From contig NC_045697.1 in NCBI RefSeq assembly GCF_009834535.1, positions 55,988,001 to 56,052,000 on the forward strand: a stretch of 64,000 bases of DNA. The letters run 5' to 3'. Shown piece by piece: positions 1 to 11,289 of this stretch. Source of the DNA: Camelus ferus (lineage: Eukaryota). Within the stretch, counting starts at the first letter, position 1; each line of letters starts with the position of its first letter. The notes beneath the pieces are model-generated. The model did no database searches and was not told the DNA's origin. It saw nothing but the letters and a program-made list of their open reading frames with translations. A program made the position numbers and the translations under genes.

Positions 1-304
1 CTTGAGTCTATAGGAGAAGAAGACCCCAACTACATTGAGAGTGGTAAGTTGAAAGATAGGCTAGACAATGCTTAATACATCTTCTAGAGAAGTTTGGTAA
101 AAATATTTATTTTATATGATGAGATAAGATTATAACTTCTCCACTTATATAGCCCATGCTTCATTATTCAAATTGTTAAGAGTCTTTGATCTTTGAGATA
201 CCATTTGAAAAGAGGAAATAGATACAAAATTTCTAAAATGGGTAATGTTTTGTCAATGAAATAGAGATTCTCACTCAAGTCATATATATATATGGAGAGA
301 GTTG

Positions 305-385
305 AAATGAATATGACAGAGTCCTTACCCTCAAGGAATTCATAGTCTAGTGGAGAAAACAGTCTAACAACAGACAGTAATTCTT
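305..385 (-). mobile_element. L2 LINE 3'-region fragment
   Basis: gacagagtccttaccctcaaggaattcatagtctagtggaga resembles the antisense L2 3' region. Confidence 0.45.
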
Positions 386-457
386 AGGCTCAAAGAACTC
401 TTTTATAAATTTAAAATTTATAGGTAGAAAAACAGCTGTCTTTCAGTTTTACATATC

Positions 458-682
458 TGAGATCAATAAACCAATGCCTACAAGCCAAATCCAGCTCTCC
501 ACTTGTTTTTGTAAATAAAGTTTCATGGGAACACAGTCATGCTCAATTATTTACACTTTGTCTATGACTGCTCTTGTGCTACAGTGGCAAAATTTAGTAG
601 TTTTAACAGAGGCCAAATGACCTGAAAAAACTAAAATATTTACTACTTTGCTCTTTATAGAAAACATTTGCTAATCTATGCT
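458..682 (+). mobile_element. MER58A-like hAT-Charlie MITE
   Basis: gccaaatccagc...ttgtttttgtaaataaagttt...gaacacagtcatgc...tgtctatgactgct...aaaatatttacta...ctttatagaaaacatttgc follows the MER58A consensus end to end. Confidence 0.85.
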
Positions 683-1666
683 GTAGCTTTTAACTATATG
701 TAATAATTATAATGGAAAATAAGAATATTTAACACATTTCACTTTTTTAAATAAAGGCCCTCATTGTCCATGGGAAACAGGCAAATTGATCTTAGGGAAT
801 TTCTGAAGGGGTCAAAATGATTAAATTATATTTTGTTTTGATTTTAAATTGGCAAAAACCCTCAGCAGGTATTTGGAATATTCAGTCTACAAATACTAAA
901 AAATGCTACTAGTTCCATATATTGTTCCTCCATTAAAAGTAGTTCTTATTAGGTACCAATTTTTTAATAATTTTGTTAATTAATTTGAGTGTATTTATGC
1001 AAAAAAAAACTCTTTATATCTTACTGTTAAGTAGAAAAATTAGAAGCAAAGTTAACAAAAAGTAATTACTAATAGTTTGAATTCACCATTTTCAACAAGG
1101 TCATGATCCTTAAAACAACACATATCCTTTATATGTTTGCACATTTATTCAAGGGAATAAGTCACAATTAAATGACTTTTCAAACTGGAAAAGAAAATAA
1201 GTAAAAGATATTTGAGACTGTCACTAATATCACCTCTAAGGAGTTCAAAAGGGATCAGAGTGATTCCTTCTACAATGAATGATTAAATGAATGAATCTTT
1301 ATTGTCTGTGACGTATGAGGTCATCCCCAGTGAGGCAGAGAATGCTTGATGAGAAGTTATTATGGGCAAGTACTTGGGAAGTGTTGAGTTTGTGCCGCGA
1401 TCAGCAACTCATAATTATCACGTTGAAAATAGTGGTTTTCTGAGGTGTTCTATGTATTTTACCTGTTATATTTATAGATTCACCCTTTTAGCTAATATTT
1501 ATTAACTGTTTAGCAAATAGCTAGACACTGTATAAGCACAGTGCAAAATCAAGAACAAAAGGGGAGAATCAGCTATGCAGTACACAATCAAGAACAAAAA
1601 AGAGAATTTAATAAAACAGTCTATCCTCTTAATCCAACTTTGTTTGCATTGATACAGTTCTACTTT

Positions 1667-2163
1667 TGTTGGAAGAGGTCTTTGAGAGGACTTGACCACT
1701 GGGTTGACTCATGAGCTGAATAGAGGCAACTGAAGTCTTCTTTTCTTCTCTCTTTTTTTTTTTTAAATGGAGGTACTGGGGATTGAACCCAGGACCTTAT
1801 GCATGCTAAGCACGCATTCTATCCACTCCACTGTCTTTGGAACGTTCATTCTACCCACCATTCCCTTACTGGGAGCTGCTTCAGGGATGCAGCCTTGAGA
1901 GTATTGTGTTATGGAGAATATCTAGACTGTATATATGACTAAACCCCCATTAAGACCTCTTTATAAACTCAAGATTTTAGCTGGTGGGTACAGAGATGTA
2001 CCCATCTTGCAGCCACCCAAGACAAGCCTCTTATGTGAGTTCTCTGCTTATTAAGCCTACCACCTACCAATCTGGAGGGGTCTGTCTTTCTTATCTCTCT
2101 TTGCCCTCCCTGTTTAGGGGCCAGTTTTGAATTTCACCTAGAGAACTCCTGAGGTTTCAAACA
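1667..2163 (+). mobile_element. 5' LTR of the provirus, interrupted by a SINE
   Basis: Starts TGTTGG, ends AACA, colinear with 4978-5394; TATAAA at 1962-1967. Confidence 0.9.
1753..1830 (-). mobile_element. Vic-1-type (camelid tRNA-derived) SINE, 5'-truncated, inside the 5' LTR
   Basis: Reverse complement reads gtggatagaatgcgtgcttagcatgcataaggtcctgggttcaatccccagtacctccatttaaa(A)n, with tRNA-like B box and A tail; absent from the 3' LTR. Confidence 0.85.
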
Positions 2164-2165
2164 AT

Positions 2166-2183
2166 TAGTGAGCCAGCCAGGAA
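2166..2183 (+). other. Primer binding site complementary to tRNA-Arg(ACG)
   Basis: TAGTGAGCCAGCCAGGAA matches TGGCGAGCCAGCCAGGAG (complement of the tRNA-Arg-ACG 3' end) at 15/18, 2 nt after the LTR end. Confidence 0.85.
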
Positions 2184-2299
2184 ACCACCAAAGAAATGGG
2201 TCTTGGCAAAGAGGCATCTTCTGGGGAAATAATGAGTTGGCCATCGACCTCTGTGTAAGCAGAAGTAACCCATGTGTCAGATGCTTATAGACGTCCATG

Positions 2300-3400
2300 T
2301 GATTATAAGAGATTTAATGTATTTGTTTGAGGAACTGTGCATAATGTACTGCAACAAAGAAGGGAAATAAATGAGTGCCCAGGAGGCTGGCCTCTACTGT
2401 AGGCAGTTCAGCTGGCCACCAATGTCGAACTAGAGGCTAAAGCTCGAGTTAGGAAGTTGGAAGAAGAGCTGAAGTTAGAGAAGGATGTGAAGTTGTCCAC
2501 TACTCTGCTGGCTTCAGGGCTGGCAGACAAGGGAGGAGAGCAGGATAATAAATTGGAGACCTTAACTTGCCATTTTGCAAAGCTAAGAGGGCACAAGCTG
2601 ACAGGGATTAAGATCTGAATACTTATTACAGAGCCTGATTGGGGCACTAACAGGTGGAATCCCTGGGAAAGTAAAGAGAAAAAGGGAGAGGATGCTATGA
2701 TTGACAGTGGAACATGAAATGCCCTTTGTCATTTGACCCCTAGTAAATAGAAAAGCAAAAGCACAGCAATGACAACCCCAGCCAGCAGGGCAGCTCCCAA
2801 TTCAAGAAACGTTCATAGTGAAAGAATATATGCCTGCTGAGCTTATTGATGCAGCTGCCAAGTTCTAACAAAAGGCCAGGGAAGGTATCCAGGCGTGGTT
2901 AGTGCAGCTGTGGGATACAGGAAACACCATTTCTCTGACTGGACAGGAGGCAGAGAAAATGGGCAGTATCACCACATACCCTTCCCTCCAGCAGTTCCTG
3001 CATGGTTCTCGAGTGATTCACAAGCGTCACTCCCTTACAGATTGGATTACTGTATCCTACAGGGCTACTTGGCTCAATGAGGAGGCTGTCCCTGGGCATA
3101 CGAGACCCTGGAAATCTATAGAGGAAGTATAACAAATTCTTAGGAAGTTGGGAGTGAGACAGGCAGTCCTCACCCATCTTTGAAGGCCCTGATTGGGTCA
3201 CATTTGCTGAAGGCATGAAAGCCAAGATACTCCAGCCTGCCCCTCTGTACCTAATATGGGACACTGATATCCATGCTGAGCCTAGTCTTAGCACAAAATA
3301 TTTTTGCTGTTGGGAAATCCACTGCTGATCTGGGGGAAAGTGACCAATCCCAGGAACAGGTACAGGCCATGGGAAGTATCTGAGACAGAGAAGGTGGGGG
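2300..3400 (+). pseudogene. Decayed ERVL (class III)-like gag
   Basis: Translations GWPLL*AVQ...KARVRKLEEELKLEKD...ILITEPDWGTNRWNPW and EYMPAELIDAAAKF*QKAREGIQAWLVQLWDTG resemble ERV-L gag motifs (GWLLL, W-x4-W-x2-W, WILRVWDNG); stops and frameshifts present. Confidence 0.75.
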
Positions 3401-3599
3401 CCCTGGTCTAGCATATTCTGCCCCTATTCCATCTTCTCATGCCTGACAGTGCTGCCTCCCCTGACCAACATGTATGGTTTGCACAACCTAGTCAGATTCC
3501 TAAAGCCTCAGCCACATTAACATCTAAGGATCAGGCTACAAGTATAACTTTTTTAGAAGGGGAAGAGCTTCTCATAAGAGTTTCTACTAAATTTCTGTC

Positions 3600-4900
3600 T
3601 TTTTGACCTTGGACTTCTGCTACTCCCATGGTGTCTAGTCAGGGGATGGGCACCTGATGGAAACATCTTTCTATAGTGGGCCCATTCATATGCCAGACAA
3701 GGAATCAATTCAAGAGCTGAGGTTATGTGGGCAGCTGCCCCTCTCAAGATTATCAGGATTTCCACGGTGGGTATCCCCACTCCAGGGAGGGGCTTAGAAG
3801 ACACTAGAGCAGTACATTAAGGAAGAACATCTAGGATTAGTACTCTTAAATCCTCCTACATTACCAACACTGATCCGGAAACCTGGCCTATGGCACACAC
3901 CATCAGTAACATGGAGCATGGGATTCTTTATCTGTCACTCAAACTATACAAGCAACCCATCAAACTGCTATCCTGAAGGGTCCTAAAAATACCACCATCA
4001 GAGCCATTGGAGGCTATACTCAGGTTTGGGATGGGTTCATATGCCTTAGCCCCTGTGGACAATTTGTGTACTCATGCAGTTCTATGTTGGGAACAGAGGA
4101 ATCACAGAAGAATGGAGCCAACATATTTATACCAGGGATATGGGATGAATATCACCAAAACTGTGCAGTCTCTCTGACAGAGGCTGGTTTGGCACTGGCT
4201 GCTCATGCCACGCAGGTATTTATTGGGTAGCCCCAAATGGAATCAAATAACTATCTTTGGCCATGGCTTCCATCTGGGTGACTGGACCGCTGCACCCTGG
4301 GTTTTCCTGAGCACAGGGGAGAATCCATCCCATGGTTAAAAAAAAAAAAGTTGCCAACTTCTCTCTTCTCAAGGCCAGGTGAACACATTTTGTTTTCTCT
4401 GGTGCAATCACTTGGCCACCATATTTGTTCCCTCCACTGACCTGGAGGACATTATAGGACACAGAGAATCCCTTACTACATTCACACAACAAGGCTTAAA
4501 TGATGCCAACAAAGTCTGTCTTTACTGAACACTGAAATGTCTCTAATGAGAAAAACCACCCTCCAAAATAAGATGGCCTTAGTCATTATTCCTGCCTAGC
4601 AAGGAGGTACCTATGCTGTTAATCCAAGCAGAATCTTGTGTGTTCATACTTGATGAGTCTGCGAATGTATCATCTTTATTAAATCACATGAGGACACAAG
4701 TGAACATGGTGAGTGGTCCTATTCCCAGCTTAGGGGACTTAATAAATCAATGGTTTGGATCATGGGACTCTTGGAAAAATTTGTTACTTATTTTGTGAAT
4801 CATTATCTTAAGCTGTGTTTTCCCTTGCATATGCCTATGTTGTTACTGTGGTATCTACCTTAAGAGCAGCCAGATAGCTGGAAATGAGCCACTTCCACAC
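3600..4900 (+). pseudogene. Decayed gamma-type retroviral env (SU + TM)
   Basis: Signal-like LLLLPWCLVRG, NIFL*WAHSYA, decayed CXXC region LCGQLPLS, WVAPNG...WPWLP...CTLG, immunosuppressive domain LQNKMALVIIPA*QGGT (4561-4611), decayed CX6CC, then a hydrophobic TM anchor. Confidence 0.85.
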
Positions 4901-4965
4901 TTATAAAACCCCTCGATGACCACTCAGGACACATTACAGAAGAGACTATGATTTAAGAGCTAGTC

Positions 4966-4977
4966 AAAGGGATGAAG
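4966..4977 (+). other. Polypurine tract
   Basis: aaagggatgaag directly abuts the 3' LTR. Confidence 0.75.
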
Positions 4978-5394
4978 TATTGGAGGAAGTCATTGAGAGG
5001 ACATGACTGCCTGTTGACCCATGAACTGAACCCAGGCAAATGGAGGCTTCTTCCTCCCCATCCCTGTCCTTGGAATGTATATGCTGCCCACCATTCCTGT
5101 ACTAAGAATGGCTTCAAGGGCATAACCTTGAGAGAGTAATGTGTTATTGAACTTCTGAACTGTACACATACTGAACCTTGTTAAAGCCTCTACATAAATC
5201 CTTTTGAGTGTGTGCAGAGATCTTGTCATGCAGGTGCCCAGGACAAGACTCCTAAGCAAGAGCCCTTGCTTATTAAACTTGTCACTATGCCAATCTGGAA
5301 TGTTCTGCCTCTTTCTTTGGTCTTTCTTTGTCCTCCATTTATGGGGACCAGTTTTGAATTTCACCCAGGGAATTCCAGAGATTGTGAACCAACA
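4978..5394 (+). mobile_element. 3' LTR of the provirus
   Basis: T(A)TTGG...CCAACA, colinear with the 5' LTR; ATTAAA at 5272-5277. Confidence 0.9.
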
Positions 5395-8164
5395 ACTTCC
5401 TAGTGTTAATTATAATATTTAAAAATTTTCTTTACTTTGATGCACAGAGTTATTTGTTTTATGCATAATAGAAATATTCTTGAGACGTGACCTTGAGTTC
5501 TTGCTGCTTGTCTGACTAAATAATGCCAAGGACTTCATTTTCCCGAGACATATTTTGAAACTTTTTGTTTTTCCCCTAGAGTTAACTGGCTGTCCTGAGC
5601 TCCCTACAGTAGCTTTCCTGGGAAGACAAAAGAGGAAAGTGTCCAAGACAGGGTTCATGAGAGCAGCTGAGCAGGTGCTTTAATCTGGAGCTATGTTTCA
5701 CTGAATGAGGATTTTTCCATCCTTCCCTCCGGACTCCGATCACAAAGGTAAGAATTTCTCTCTAATTAGCTTATTTTTTTGTGTTCTCCAGGGATTTCTA
5801 TATCTACTTCTACTTGCCTTGACACCATACTATCTAACCAAAGTTAGATGTCTTATGTTAAAACTTCTCTCTTTTCTTTGTATTTCAAAATCACAGTTGT
5901 GAATTAACCATTTTATTTCATGTGCCACAACAGAAAAAAAGCATTAGAAACATCCTTTTTTTCACATAATTTCAAACATGGTTACAATTGACATAAGTAA
6001 ACATTGCCTTTATCATCACAGCCTAAAGACTCATTTTTAAATAGTTATCATACCACTACTATTTAAGTTAAGTATTTCAGTTCAATATTTTTCGATGTTT
6101 CTTCAATATTTTACTATGATGTGGATGCATCTTTTTTTCCTATATAGGCTAATTAGCATAAAGAAGACAGGAAATTTATTTCAGAGATGGTTCTTTATAG
6201 ACTACATTTTATTCATGTGAGCTAGGGCTCTTAAATTGTGTGTCTTACTCAAGGGTCAGTATGAAATGCTTCATGTAAAATTACAAAAGCACTTTTAGAA
6301 TCCTTGAGATTGATTGAATCATAAATATATGTGGAAACTCAGTTCATAAAACATCAGTGGACTGTTAAATCTATCAGGATTAAAACTCTAACCCATATCT
6401 GTGCTAACTAGGTCTGTCCACGGTAACCAAATGCAATTCAAGCTTGTTTTCCAGAAAATTCAATATGTTTCAACACTACAGAATAACTTAAAATATAAAA
6501 TACAAAATTTTAATTAATAAAATATAGCATAATATTATTATAAAGCATCTATTTTTTAATTCTCTGTAGCTCTATAGAATGCATGCTCTATTTTGTAACT
6601 CACAAAAATCATGATAGACAGACAGGGCAGGTATTCAGAGATGCTAAAATATTTTCCCAAAGAAATGGAATTAGTATCAGAGACTCCTGACTTTTACAAT
6701 AGAGCTCTCTTTCAGACATCAAATTTCTATTAAAATCTGGTATGATACAGTGTTAATTTATAAATAATATCATATAACAATTGCAGTATAATGCAATATA
6801 ATGTAATTTAGTAATAGTATGTAATAACTCAGACTATTTGATGAATAGTATTCCTACAGCTGGGAAAGAAAAGCTTTTCACTACACAGAAAGTAGGGATG
6901 TTGGGGATGTCACAGAGTACACGATGAAGCCCTTAAATTTCTCCCTGAGAGCTGATTGCTGAATAACTCCTCTGCCTCAATGAAAGGAAGGGAGGATAAC
7001 AGCTGGATAGTTTGGGGCACCTTGTGCTCAATTTTAATAACTGCTAAAAAAGAAAAAAACAAGAATTTCTTAATTTTTAGGTAGAAAAACTAGTTTCTGT
7101 TATATCTCACAGGTAGGTAAATTATATTTCTACAGTTTTTATCTATATGGCATTCCCAGACCATGATATACCCAATACTCTCCTGGGTAACTGAGCCCCT
7201 GTAATACTACATTAGTTCTAAGTGAATTAGACTGTCAAGACAGAAGTTGTCTGAAGCCATATTAGTAAGCATATTCCTAATTCTACAGTAAACCATAACC
7301 CTGTGACCACTAATATTAAAAATGCTTGCTATGTCTGTATCGGCAATACAATCACAGGAAGTGGCTTTTGTTGTTATAATTTTATGTCCATCATTTGCTA
7401 ATTTTAATATTAGTATCAGTGAATGTTAAAAAAAAAAAAAAGAATGCTACCCTCATAATAAGAAAGGATGAATGAAATTCATTCACTAGAACAATCAAAT
7501 ATATTTCCAAAATGGCCCAAGCCATAGATTTATGAATAAAAAAGAGGATATTAATTCAATATATCAAAACATTTGACATATATAGGCATCCAAAGAAACT
7601 GAAGATAGATTTTTACATGCTGCTACATATTATGGATGGAATAAGAGATACAGGTTTGTAATATTTTTCTCAAGATGATGATGAATGAGGGAGGGTTATT
7701 CTTGGAATCTGTACTGTCCAAACAAAAACATCACCTTCTTGATTGATATATTGAATTTTCTACAATGAATAATGATTGATGCCTGCCAATTTACTTTTCC
7801 ACAAGAAGAGTGTTTGGTAGCTTAAAACAAAACAACATGATGCCATAAATATATTCCATATTCCCACATAGCAGGGATGAAAATAGCAACAGTTTAATAA
7901 GTAATGTTAAATATTGTGAAATTTCTATTCAGCTTCAATCCAATATACCAACTAAATAAACAGACCATTTTGAGTTCAAACTAAAAAAGCAAAAATTTTT
8001 TAAACTTGCATTTTGGTATGTAGATTTCTTCAAATACCAACTTAATACATGTTTTAAATAATGTCAAGTGAAAGTAATGGAGTGTTTGCAAACCATGTTG
8101 CAAATTTATAAGATGCCAAAAAATATGTTAAAAGTTCTGTCATAGTAGCATGTCCATGGATTAG

Positions 8165-8336
8165 CAGCAATTCCCAAATTTAGTGTGATACGGAAATACC
8201 TAGGATGTTTGTTAAATTTCTGGATCTATTATCCAGAGTTAGTGATTCACTCAGTCTGTAATGAAACTCAGCAACAAGAACCACTAGTTATTCTGATGCA
8301 AGAAATCCCAGACCAAACTTTTGGAAAAAAATCTGT
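8165..8336. mobile_element. MER5-like hAT MITE
   Basis: cagcaattcccaaattt...gtttgttaaa...attctgatgca...cagaccaaacttttggaaaa, typical MER5A/B layout. Confidence 0.55.
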
Positions 8337-9179
8337 CACTGATAATGTATCTACATGGAAAATATTTATTTGAGTAAGTAAAAATAAACTTAGCTATTAA
8401 TATTCAACCTACATTTTCCTTCTATTGTTTCAGAGAAATAGCAATACAGTCTTTGTTAGGTCTTTTCAAGCAAAACAGGTTAAACTCAGTAAGATTATCA
8501 TCTTACTCTACCAAGTAGCTATGATCACCGTAAAGGATAATGAGAAAAGTTACACAGAGAAGTAACACAGAGGAAAATGGCCATTTGTGCCTCCTTTCCA
8601 CAAACAAACCAGAATATATACAAATAAAGAGATAGGAAAAATAAGCAAAATAAAATAAAACAACAAAAATTAATTTAAAAATCCATGTGATTAAGACCAG
8701 AAACGAACTAGTGGCAAGGAGGAACGATTGTATGCACCTGACCAATATTACCACTGCTCCCAGTTCAAAGCAAGGCAGCAGATAACATACTTTCCTTGAA
8801 GCCAGTTCTAAGTGAACCAAACTAGCAAGGTACAAATCCTCTGAAGCAACTTCAGAGGAAAATTTTCAAAAGGTGTAAAAACGTCAGAATCAACTTTTCT
8901 GGGTCTACCTCAGCTTGACCAATTCGGAATCTTAACTTGAGCATAAACTCAGCTCATCCTGTAAATAGACACGTCTAAGTATGAGTAGAGGGAGTGTGAA
9001 TCAGGTCCCTGCTGCTTTATGTTATGTCTTTCATGGAAAAAACTCATCCAAAGATAAGAGACAGTCAAGGCTTAGAAGTTTGAACCAAGACAATAGTTTA
9101 ATGCTGGAGAAGATACATTAAATTACTAAGTACATTCAGAATATTGTGGAGGCAGACAATATTCATGGGAGCGCCCATG

Positions 9180-9670
9180 GAATTCATTCAATGAAGCTCT
9201 CTATTCACCGTATCTTTGCTGCATATCGTACTTTTGCCAGACACCATAGTAGACACTAGAAATGCACCAGAAAACAAAAAAATCCCTACTTTGAAGAAGC
9301 TTACATGGGTGGGTAGTATGGGGGGGCATATACAATTACAGACGTATGTACGTGTGTGTGTGTGTGTGTACTAATAATTTCTATAAAAGACACAGAAATC
9401 AAGGTGAGAGGATAGATGAGCGATTGGTGATTAGGGTAAGGTTGACCTGGAATGCCTTTGTGAAGAAGTGACCATTTAACAGGGCTTAAATTAAATTAAT
9501 TTCCTCAAGGCAGAGAAAACAGAAAATGCAAAGGTTTAAGGAGTAAAATGTGTAAGGAGAAGAGTGAATGATGGAGCCAAGGGCCTGATCGTAAAGGAGC
9601 TCTTAGGCCATTGCAGACAATTTGGAGTTTGATATTAGTGAGATAAGGAGACAAAAATCTGTGGAAGAAG
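9180..9670 (-). mobile_element. L2 LINE 3' portion
   Basis: attcattcaa end, gccagacacc...aatccctact...gaagcttaca, gaagaagtgaccatttaacagggc. Confidence 0.7.
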
Positions 9671-9725
9671 ACAAAAACTAATGACCAAGTGATATCAAAT
9701 CAGTACTGCTTTAAAACATATGATT

Positions 9726-10042
9726 AAATGAGGGGAGAAAGATTGAGGCCTTTAGTGGAAAATAAAAAGTGCAATGTTTAAGAAATTGGTCTCTAGGACC
9801 ATCTTTTCTGGATTCATATTCTGAATTCACCATTCATTAGCTGTGACATTGGGGTAGGTTATTCTACCTCAATGACCTCATCTATAAATTTAGGATAATA
9901 ATAATTTATTGTGAAGAATAAGTAACTCAAAATATCTAGTGTTGTGCTGAGTATATATTAAACATTCCATTAATGTTATTTGTTACCACTGTTTACTACT
10001 TATTTACTAACTTACTAAAAGTTTTCCTACAAAAACTATTTT
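9726..10042 (+). repeat. Direct repeat copy 1 (317 bp, contains a MIR): putative giant TSD
   Basis: About 90% identical by eye to 10778-11073; ends actatttt, running into the poly(T) of the retrocopy. Confidence 0.95.
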
Positions 10043-10777
10043 TTTAATAGCCATTGTGTTTATTTTTCTGTGTAATACAGAAAACCATCATAAATGTCCC
10101 TCTTCTAAACCTATAACCCCGAACTCCAAGTGAGTCAATCAAGGTGCTATCCTGTTAGCAATCAGCCTTTACCCTCACCAGATTTACCCACCCTCAGGAT
10201 ATTTGTCTGGTTACTTCTGCTTGAGTCTTCCTGTTCTGGCCCTCATCTCCCAAGCACAGTTAAAACCAAGAGGATTCCAGGGGAAGCGGAGAAACATTAC
10301 AAACAAGATAGCTTTAGGACTCCATCATGCAGTGCTTCCATGGGCGACATGACCCTCAGTGTGGATTCTGGATGTAGAGTCTAGTCAGGCCACATGCCTT
10401 TTAAAAATTTTTTAAAGGTCTTTATAGAGCAACATCCAGACTCTAGATCCAGCTGCCAAGAAGACCCTATTTTGCTGTGAGTACTGGCTAGGGCATGGCT
10501 GGTGGCTCTGTCTTCCCTCCCTTCTGTTCAGAGATGGGGGTAGTGGGCATATTTCATCTCTGGGCTCCACAATGCTCACATGGTCAGGCAGGGGCTTCTT
10601 AGGGCCAGTCTTACCAGTTGGATCCCAAAGCAGCATGATCTTTGCCTTGATGCCAGTACACCTAGAAGATGCCATAGTTAAGACCTAGCTATGGTTCCTC
10701 TGGCCCCCACTACACAACAGGATAGGGCAAAAGGAAAACAGCAGGTTACTCAGCACCCCTGAGTCTGATCCCTAATC
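10043..10777 (-). pseudogene. RPS3: Partly spliced, 5'-truncated retrocopy of 40S ribosomal protein S3
   Basis: Minus strand encodes [35 protein letters not shown] [frameshift] [24 protein letters not shown], matching the RPS3 C-terminus. RPS3-like 3'UTR follows (GGTCTTCTTGGCAGCTG...GGATGTTGCTCTATAAAGACCTTT). AATAAA at 10064-10059 and short A tail at 10045-10039. Confidence 0.93.
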
Positions 10778-11073
10778 AAATGAGGGAAGAGAGATTGAAG
10801 CCTTTAGTGGAGAATAATGTAATGTGTAAGAAATGGGTCTCTAGGACCATCTTTTCTGGATTCATATTCTGAATTCACTATTCATTAGCTGTGACATTGG
10901 GGTAGGTTATTCTACCTCAGTGACATCATCTATAATTTATTGTGAAGAATAAATGACTCAAAATATCTAATGTTATGCTAAGTATGTACTAAGCATTCCA
11001 TTAATGTTATTTGTTACCACTGTTATTACTTATTTACTAACTTACTAAAAGTTTTGCTACAGAATACTATTTT
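10778..11073 (+). repeat. Direct repeat copy 2 (296 bp, contains a MIR)
   Basis: Same sequence as 9726-10042 with 4- and 17-bp deletions; ends TTTT|AA, the L1 endonuclease consensus. Confidence 0.95.
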
Positions 11074-11289
11074 AAGACAATATAGTCATAACTTCAAGGT
11101 GATCAGATATAAAGCAATAGCTGATGTTATCTATCAGATTTGACTCTGATTTGTAGCTTTATTCACACCAATAAAAATTTAGTTTTAAAACCTATAAAAC
11201 AGGGCCCTCTCAGCAGCTTCTGCATCCAGTGAAGAATTATAAAGAGTTCATACACAGCAGACAGTTCTCTCAATATGATAACATGACAG

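Larger units (their letters stand above)
1667..5394 (+). mobile_element. Defective endogenous retrovirus: LTR - ERVL-like gag - (pol deleted) - gamma-type env - LTR
   Basis: Two homologous LTRs, primer binding site, polypurine tract, 5-bp TSD acttt (1662-1666)/acttc (5395-5399), decayed gag and env. Confidence 0.93.

Noticed and set aside
1547..1608. Repeated aatcaagaacaaaa..gagaat at 39-bp spacing
   Set aside because: Only two degenerate copies, an ordinary small tandem duplication; similar trivial ones occur near 22531-22554 and 39796-39843
1753..1830. tRNA gene
   Set aside because: 5'-truncated, has an A tail, and is inserted in an LTR, so it is a tRNA-derived SINE
2899..3414. 171-aa minus-strand ORF
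   Set aside because: Antisense to decayed gag with no recognisable motif
3600..4900. Domesticated syncytin-like env gene
   Set aside because: Multiple stops and frameshifts; the CXXC and CX6CC cysteines are lost
10412..10675. 87-aa ORF as a novel RPS3-derived protein
   Set aside because: Its ATG lies in apparent intron sequence and the frame is produced by 1-bp deletions; only about 35 residues are RPS3-like and there is no evidence of expression
9726..11073. The ~300-bp direct repeats as LTRs of a retroelement
   Set aside because: No TG...CA termini, primer site or polypurine tract; they contain MIR sequence and end at an L1 endonuclease site
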